A stretch of DNA of 40,313 nucleotides from NCBI GenBank assembly GCA_054600435.1, contig BAAIJX010000050.1, forward strand, positions 124,001 through 164,313, read 5' to 3'. Both the position numbers and the translations under genes were made by a program. Positions 32,909 through 40,313 of this stretch are shown piece after piece (positions within the stretch are counted from its first letter, which is position 1; each line of letters begins with the position of its first letter). The stretch is from Neophaeotheca triangularis (taxonomy: Eukaryota). Under the pieces are notes generated by a model. It was not told the origin of the DNA. It worked only from the letters and a program-made list of their open reading frames with translations, and ran no database searches.

Positions 32909-35221
32909 ATGCCTCGCCCACCAGATACGTACACTCACTCGCAGTTCGAGCCGGTCGAAAGCGACGCGAAGGGCGATACGGGACGGTGTGTTCATTGTCG
33001 ACACTGGACCGGCAATCTTCGCAACCTGGCGCGCAAAAAGGACCATCTGGCTCGCTGCTCGCCGTACATAGCATGGAGAGCGCAAGGAAATGGACAGGAT
33101 ATCCCCCCTGCCAATGCCTACAACAAAAGGACCTCTCAAACCGCCTTTGGCGCCGCTGATGAGTAAGTTACATACAACCTTACCATACACACATTTTACA
33201 CACATGTTCCGCCCCACTTTGTCCTCGACGGTGCGACCGACACTACGCCGAGCTGAAACAAAATAATAATCACGTTCTTTACGCGCGCTCGTCCCCTTGA
33301 TATTTCTGCCCTTCCCCGACATCATCAGCAACGACTTCCGCCCGCCGATTCTGCGCGTAACTCACCTCCCGTGCTGATATTGGCGTCTGTTTTTACAGTA
33401 ACGTTAGTAACTACGAATACCCCGACTACAACACCGACGCCGCCATGCAAGGCCAATCATACCAGTACCCGACCACCCCAACCCAGCCGCCGGTGCAACG
33501 ACAGTCTCATACTGGTAAGTGCCTATCCACAATAGACTGCATTTTTGCACTGTACTGACGCGAACATTTCAGAATTGACTTCAAAGGTATCGTCAGACGC
33601 GTCGCTCCAACAGATTAATATTCTCAATGAGGCGCCCTCGTCAGAACCAACGAATATCGCGCTGACGCTTACGCAGAATTTCAATGAGTTTTGGGATGAC
33701 GCCAACAACCAAAAGGTGGGTGCAAAATTGCCTATACTGGAGCAGGTGAAGCTAACCTTCTGTAGTGCATGCGTGTACGCTGTAAACACTGCGGCTTTCA
33801 ACGCGCGAAGAATTCCACACGCCAGGTCGAGCATCTGCAAAGCTGCAAAGAGTTCCTCAATACCACCGAAGGTCAAGCTGCACTCGCCAACGGTGAGCTG
33901 AACAACGGCCATCAAGCTATCCGGCCAGGTCCCACAGACGTCTACCGCGGTAACAAGCCCAACCCGGGCCTCTCTGTGCAGCGTCGGGCACCCGGCAGAC
34001 CTCGCGGTGGTGGAAACGCCGGTGCCGCAATGCGCCCTCCACCCACACCAACGAAGCCTATTCCTTCCTTGGCAAATCACCTCCTACTGCGTGAAGCTGC
34101 TGTCTTCAAGGTCGCCACTGAGCAGCCTTTCCTATCACACGCCGGATGCGGCACGCTCGGATCAACCCCTCTCTCGCAGTGGCTTGCGCAAGACGGCTAC
34201 ATCTCACGAGCCTTCATCTCATTCATTGGCACGCTCATTGGAAAGATCCGTCTTCCGGAGACTCAACAAAGCCACGCGAGCACGCCATATCGTGCACTGG
34301 ATCTGCTCATCAGCGCTCTGAACAATATCCGCCGTGAAATGACTTTCTTCGAGACGACGCAGCAAAAGTACGGCCTGCCTCCGTCAGCCGGCGACGCTCC
34401 TCGCCCAGCGACAAGAGGCTTCACAGACCTTCTCGCATCGGTATCCAGCCCGAGCGCTTCATTGTTGGAGGGTATGGTTGTTCTTTGGGCCACAGAGCAC
34501 GTAAGTGGAAGGTCCGCACCCTCCGGTCTTGGCCGTCATAGCTAATTCCTATTTGCAGTGCTATCGTACCTCGTGGACCCATGCCGCCAGCTTCACTTCT
34601 ACTGTCCCACGATCAAACTACACAGTTCCATCCTACCTGCAGCAAGGTCAAGGCGGACCAATCAGTGGAGGCCCCTACGGCCTCGGTGCCAACGCCAATC
34701 CAGACAGCGCCCACATTGCTGCTCTCCACCAAGCCCTCATCCCTAACTGGACCTCCTCAGCCTTTGCCAAATTCGTCGACGCTTGCCGCTCCATCGTAGA
34801 CGAGCTCGCCAATGGGCAAACTAGCGGTAACGGCAAGGAAGAAATGGTGCGCTGCGAAAGCGTCTTCAAGCAAGTTGTTTGGCTCTGGGAGCGCATCTGG
34901 CCCGAAGTCGACGGAATGGGCCAAGAAGACGAGCTCACGCCTGAGCACGCTCGGCACTCGAGCGTCTCGCACACACCTGGTGGAGGCGGACGGACTGCCA
35001 GCAGCGGTGCTAGGGTTCGTGGGGGTGGCGCGAGCGCTTCTGGGTCCAGTGGTGCTAATGGCAATAGAAGGACTTCGAACCAGCAGCCGATTGAGATTCA
35101 GGACGATGGTGACGATGATAATGATGGCCAGGACGACAGCAACCTCGATGCTCCGGCTGCGGATTCGCCTTACGGTGGGACAGGTCTGGGTGCTATTGCG
35201 GCTGCCAACCGTATTGATTGA
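32909..35221 (+). CDS. Fusion protein with two BED-like C2HC zinc fingers, an AT-hook-like motif and a TenA/THI-4/PQQC (heme-oxygenase-like) domain, ~606 aa; exons 32909-33162, 33399-33514, 33573-33586, 33677-33715, 33766-34500, 34559-35221
   Basis: Fingers are CVHC-x15-HLARC (32987-33058) and CKHC-x13-HLQSC (33781-33846), followed by RRAPGRPRG. TenA_E/Pet18-like motifs are ATEQPFLSHAGCGTL, SQWLAQD, NIRREMTFF, LWATEHCY, LIPNWTS and IWPEV. Five GT-AG introns with branch points give one open frame. The micro-exon region is the least certain part. Confidence 0.85.
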
Positions 35222-35984
35222 GAGCCATGTAGTAGTAACGGACTGCGGAGCTAAGGGATGTCTTGACGCGGTCACTGCTCATCAACTGGACGGCCGCCGA
35301 ATGGCATGGTGTTTGTCCTGTAGGAGGCGTGGCGTCTCGGGAAACTGTACAAGAGCGCGGCGTTTTATGGTGGATGGCTCAGGGATGTGGATGGTCTTAA
35401 TATTGATACCCCGGTCAGCCATGTTGGCATTTGCTTGCGGGGAGTCACGATACATGTGGTACCTCAGCTTCTGTATCCTTCTGACTCTGACCGATGTTTA
35501 GTGACTGTTCTGGGTCTTCTCGTGATCGCAGCCATGAGAATCCCGGTAAGAAGGTGTGCCCTCTTAGGGTTTGGGTTTGAGTAAAAAAGTACTCATACCC
35601 GTACATATCAATAGACAAGAGGAACAGACCCGAGGCTTGAGATTTATTTCAAGGGTTGCTGTTTGCTAACGCTGACGTTGGTATTCTGAGAGCCAGAGCG
35701 CGGAAACACCAAGCACTGTGAAGCTGGAAGCAAAGCACACTGCACCTACCCATCGCTTGCAAAGTGAAGCCTTCGAGGTCAACCTAACAGACTACTGGAC
35801 TGAGGTGTATCGTGATCCCTAATGCTCAGACTCGCGATCAGGGTAGAACTGCAAGCTTCGTCTCGACAGGGATGGGAAAAAAACACCATCATCATGCTTC
35901 GCTCAAGTTCCTTCGCCTCGTGTATGTATTTGCTATTTCGGCAGGCCGATATGAACGACAGGACCATTCGAGCGCGCTTAAGCC

Positions 35985-38345
35985 TCATTCCTTCGCATAC
36001 CAGTCCCCTTCCTCTTCCCCTTCCTCGTCCTCGTCCTCATACTCATACAGATCCTCCTTGTCCCCCACATCCCCCACATCCCCCGCATCCCTCTCGTCCC
36101 TTTTCAAAGCAGCATCCAACATCTCCCAAGCCTCCCCCGAACCCTCAAACAAACAACACTCCCCAGCCAGCCCCTCCAACTGCTCAACCTTATCCACAAA
36201 CCTCCCTTTCTCATCCGTCTTCGCTGCCCAAACCGCCGTTGCGAGATCGAAGACGTAGGTCTGGAAGCTACTTTCGGCGCTCTGTTCGCATTGGCAGCTG
36301 GCCGGGGTTGTGCATCAAAAGTGTGGGACGGTGTACCGAAAGGCGCGACGGAGATCTGATTGTGCAGCGCTGTCTGAGAAGCCGCGTTGGCTGCTAAAGT
36401 AAAACGATTTGCGGTCGTGCTGTCTTGCATTTGCGGAGATGAAGGTCCTGGAGGATAGACATTGCTCGTGATGGGCTTACTCCAATGTCCAACGGCATGC
36501 CGTTCGGTGCAAGTGGGACAAGCAGGGTCACTACATCTAGGAAGATTGTAGTCTCGTAGGTAGGCATCGTGCATTTCCTGAATTTGCCATTCCAATTGAC
36601 TCAAGTCGAAAAGCGGCTCTATGATCTGAATCATCCAGGGGTTCCAATGAAGCATCTTGTATATGATCTCACGTATGTGTCTGTCTTGCAATCCAAGAGC
36701 TATCTGTTGCGGGTCGAATTCTGGCATCTGAATCAGAGTGTAGAATAGTCCTGCTCGAGGGAATCGGCGTGATCCGTCCGACAAGGTGTAGTATAGCAGG
36801 GGCGCAGCCGGCTGTTGAGGTTCCTGTGGGTTGCTGGGATTTGAGGTGGGTGGATGTGGTACGGTTGGTTGCTGCTGGACATTTGGTGCCTTTGATTGAG
36901 GACCTTGATTTGCAGACTGTGCGGTTTGACTGGTATTGTCGCCACTTCCGTGAGAAAATGGAGGCCTAGTTGGTTGTCTCTGGTCGTTCAACGACAGGCC
37001 GTACCGAGAAGGCAGGATGTCGCTGAATGCTAGAAGCGCTTGTTTGAGTATGCTGATTCGCAGACCGAGTGATTTGAATAGTACCACCGCGAGGGCATGG
37101 AGGCACAGGTGGTAGGCTTTGGTCGCTCGCAGACGATTGTCCAAAGGGGGTCGAATGCTGCTCGATACTTGGCGCGCTTAGTTGGCTTCGCTGTGCGGCG
37201 GACTGAACAGCTGACTGTGCGTTGCTGACACATTTTCTGATGATAAGAGGCACGGCCAGTTGATCAGGACTTCTTGCACTTGTATCAGAATGATGTTGCA
37301 TATCTGGCCTGTGCTGTTGTGCACGAGGAGGTTTAGGTTGAGTAGTGTGATTAATGTTGTCGACTTCATTACTACGTACACAAGGCACGCCTGGTAGATA
37401 TTGTGACGAGTGAGTACTATTCTCCACTCGCTGGGCCACAGACTGAGAAGCAACTTGCGTTTCCAGGGTATTGGTGCCAGAATCCAATTGCGTGGTCGGC
37501 CTTGTCCGGGCAGCAGTAGATGCAGCGGGCTCACCTCCTTCTACTGGGTGCGCCCCTCGCTGGAGAAAGACACCATGAAGATGGTCGCAATTTACAGGAA
37601 CAGTGCCCGTCTCGGCTGCTATCTCGCGTTGGTGCAAACTATCTCGATCGCTGGCCTGAAACTTCCTTTTAGCAGGGTTCGAAGTAGTCGGTGATCGTAT
37701 GCCAGACGGAAGCTCCTGCTTGATCTTAGGAGCACTTTCCCGTAGTTCAGGCGATCGCGCGTTGCCAGTAGAGACTACTGGAGGTCCTACGTCCGACGCA
37801 GGCTTGTCGTTGCGACTGTCTCCAACGTCGGCTTCGGTAGCAGAGGCATTCTCCTGCTTGATTCGCGGAGCGCTTCGCTCATCGGTCACGTCTCTCTCAC
37901 CATTTATCTCGCGATTGTTCGGTCTCGGTAGATCAGCGACCTGAGTAGGAGCAGGGTTGGGGTTCCTCTCAGCCTCAGCCTGCCTTTCGCTGGGCCTCAG
38001 ATCCTAGGCGGTCTGGCTGGAAGGGTTTTCTTCATCCTTGATTGCTACGGTATCCTGAGAGTAGCTCGAGTACTCCGAAGCACCCAGATGTGCCAGTATC
38101 GCGCGAGGATCCCGAAAACGCCGCTTTGGACTTCTGAGGGCACCGTCAGGGTGGGAGGATTGATGCTGCGAAGAGAATGGTCGCGCTCGAACATTTCCTG
38201 CTGATGGGCCAGCTTGAGAGTCATGGAAACCTCGGAAAAGCCATTGGAACTGATCAAATTCCCCCCGCCCCCCCCCACTCAATCTTCGTCTTTTGGAACC
38301 GACCGCCATCAACAAGCGACTACTACTCTGACCCAACGCCGGCAT
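35985..38345 (-). pseudogene. Disrupted gene for a large low-complexity protein (in-frame stop plus apparent frame changes)
   Basis: ORF 38345-38004 and ORF 37889-36966 are in the same frame, separated only by a single TAG at 38006-38004. Protein-like sequence then moves to other frames (37144-36104, then the acidic tail ending at 35985) without splice signals that I could identify. Confidence 0.45.
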
Positions 38346-39114
38346 TCTGTGATATCATACCTATCCAGCAGTATCGACAAGTGAAGACATCCCTAAGCGA
38401 ATATCTCCCTCCCAGCTTGTCTATGCGAGTCCAGATTATCGCGGGGAACGTGCACTGCCGAAGTCTATTCTGACTTCAGCCATGAATGCTCGTGAGTCGT
38501 CAAGCATTCAAATCTTAATTGATCCACAACAAGAGTCGAGAAGTCACCGGTGCCTAGTAAGTTATGGGAAGTGATCGATGAGAATCCCGGTCACGCCCAC
38601 GCACGCAGCATCGATTCGCCGGTCTCGTGCTTCCACTTGCCAATTTTCACCTTCAACGAAGATTAACTCTTGTATGCGATGCGGTTAGGGGAGATCCGAA
38701 GTATCACAGACAGGTACCTGCCCACGTTGCGCCCAGAAGTAGGAACATACCTCGGTCTACGATGATTGACTTTGATATTGCGCGAGTAGGGTTTTAGATG
38801 AACCAAGTACGGAAAATCCTATTCGTCAATATCGACGTTTGTGTTTCTCCCGTCTCAACGATCTGTGGAGAGTCTGGACGACTTCACCCCCTCTTAAGTC
38901 TTCAGACCGAGGCCTGCGGAGAATGGCAACTTCTGCCCCTACCTTCGTGGCTTCGTTGAACCTAGCCAATGAGGCTATCCGTAGAAATATGAAGTCTGAG
39001 GGAAACGATGCTTGAAACGCTATATCTCTGCTCCTGCTCCGCTAACTTAACCTTCACACCTGGCACTTCGATCAATACCTTACACCCAAATTACAAAACT
39101 TCCAAGCCATCAAG

Positions 39115-39729
39115 ATGAAATCCTTTACCCTCCTCACCCTTGCCAGCGGCGCCTTCGCCGGCACTGCTCTAGATGTCTACAACGGCATCTCGAACATTGA
39201 CACCACCGCCAAAGACCTAACCCAGCAATGCCAAAACTACAACGGCGGCCAGGATGAGGCCCAACCCGTTTTCAATGCCGCAAACAGTGTTCATGAAGCC
39301 TACGGCCAGGCCTACGCCGACTGCGAAGGCGCGAAGAACTACAACAGCACCGAGTCCCACGTCATCGTCAAGTACGTCAACGAAACCATTGCCGTCGACA
39401 TCCCCGCGGGCCTCGAGGCTCTTCAGGAAAAGAAGGACCTTTTCGACCAAGCCGAGGTCTCCGGCGACATCTACGACATGATCAACGCGTTGAAGGCCGA
39501 TCATGAGGCATTCAGCTCCTGTGTCGGTGGGAAGTTGACTGCCGACAAGGTGCCTGCCGAGAAGGGCAAGGTTGCCTCCGCTCTTGAGCAAGCTAGCCAG
39601 CATTACGAGACTGCGGAGGGTCAGTACGGAGGACAGGGCCAACAGGGGGGTCAGCGATGGGGTAACAGGTGGGGTAACAGATGGGGTGGTCATGACAGTG
39701 GTCGAAACTGGGGTGGACGTGGCCAGTAA
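39115..39729 (+). CDS. Secreted HsbA-like (hydrophobic surface-binding / cell-wall mannoprotein fold) protein with a Gly/Trp/Arg-rich tail, 204 aa
   Basis: Signal peptide MKSFTLLTLASGAFA, then an amphipathic helical body with family-like motifs (YNGG, STESHVIV, LEALQEKKDLFDQA). Strong C-ending codon bias; intronless. Confidence 0.8.
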   Translation: MKSFTLLTLASGAFAGTALDVYNGISNIDTTAKDLTQQCQNYNGGQDEAQPVFNAANSVHEAYGQAYADCEGAKNYNSTESHVIVKYVNETIAVDIPAGLEALQEKKDLFDQAEVSGDIYDMINALKADHEAFSSCVGGKLTADKVPAEKGKVASALEQASQHYETAEGQYGGQGQQGGQRWGNRWGNRWGGHDSGRNWGGRGQ

Positions 39730-40313
39730 TCAATCACCCGAACCTTCTGGCCTTGAGGAGTCGACAGGATCAGATGAGAGCAGGCCATCAAGTGCATTCT
39801 GCACACCCAAAATTTCTTTCGCTTGAGTCGCATGAGGTGTGCAATTCGTAATTTTTGCAATTCCTTCATTTGAACGTACAGGGGTGTGTTGTACATATTT
39901 TAGTCAGTATTTGACCATCTTGAGTGTTTGCTCGAGACTTGCCACCGAACATGAGCATCTTCCAGGAGCCAAAGCCGGCTTCAGGATTACATTGACCCGC
40001 CAGCTGAGTGGAGTCATGCGTCTCCGATTCAGCTTCAAGCAACCGGCTACTCCGAAATGCCCAATCTCACATCTATACCTTGTCCGCAATTCGTGTGAGT
40101 AGTGTCTTCAGCGGCAAACGTGGGCTCACAAAAAAGTGTGTTCCTTGTCCATTCGTAAGGTAAAAATGCTGAGACCATATCGTTGGTAATGCGCTCGACA
40201 GTGACATCAACATTGATGGCATTTGATGCAGACTTCCACTCCTAGCACAAAGGGAAGGGGGGGGGGGGGGGGGGGGGGCCGGGGCAAATTTAAAAAAAAC
40301 CCCCCAAATTAAT

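Noticed and set aside
32909..33850. BED-like fingers as evidence of an hAT transposon
   Set aside because: No transposase catalytic domain, terminal inverted repeats or target-site duplication is visible, and the fingers splice in frame to a TenA domain.
40250..40313. Poly-G run and A/C homopolymers as a G-quadruplex or telomere
   Set aside because: There are no TTAGGG repeats. Homopolymer runs at the very end of the sequence look like low-quality contig-end sequence.

Overview
Eukaryotic genomic DNA from a filamentous ascomycete. This is inferred from short GT-AG introns with CTAAC/CTGAC branch points, the gene families present and TpA-rich decayed patches. Eleven well-supported genes can be assembled by splicing: a laccase-like multicopper oxidase, a GHITM/TMBIM5-type Bax-inhibitor protein, an AsnB-like amidotransferase, a Dal5/Tna1-type MFS transporter, a NUDT19-like Nudix hydrolase, an acyl-CoA dehydrogenase, a family III CoA-transferase, adenine phosphoribosyltransferase, an NCS1 (Fcy2/Tpn1-like) permease, a two-zinc-finger/TenA fusion protein and an HsbA-like secreted protein. 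There are also two orphan ORFs and several decayed gene remnants. The most striking feature is a head-to-head thiamine module at 30.4-35.2 kb. The NCS1 permease has a 5'-UTR intron holding a TPP-riboswitch aptamer (32100-32250, minus strand) with a variant J4/5, two alternative 5' splice sites and an out-of-frame uORF. It shares an ~850 bp intergenic region, containing a 4 x 20-bp repeat array, with a gene fusing two BED-like zinc fingers and an AT-hook-like motif to a TenA_E-like domain that appears catalytically degenerate, a candidate thiamine/HMP-sensing transcription factor. All exon coordinates and family calls come from reading the sequence by eye; no searches or folding programs were run.
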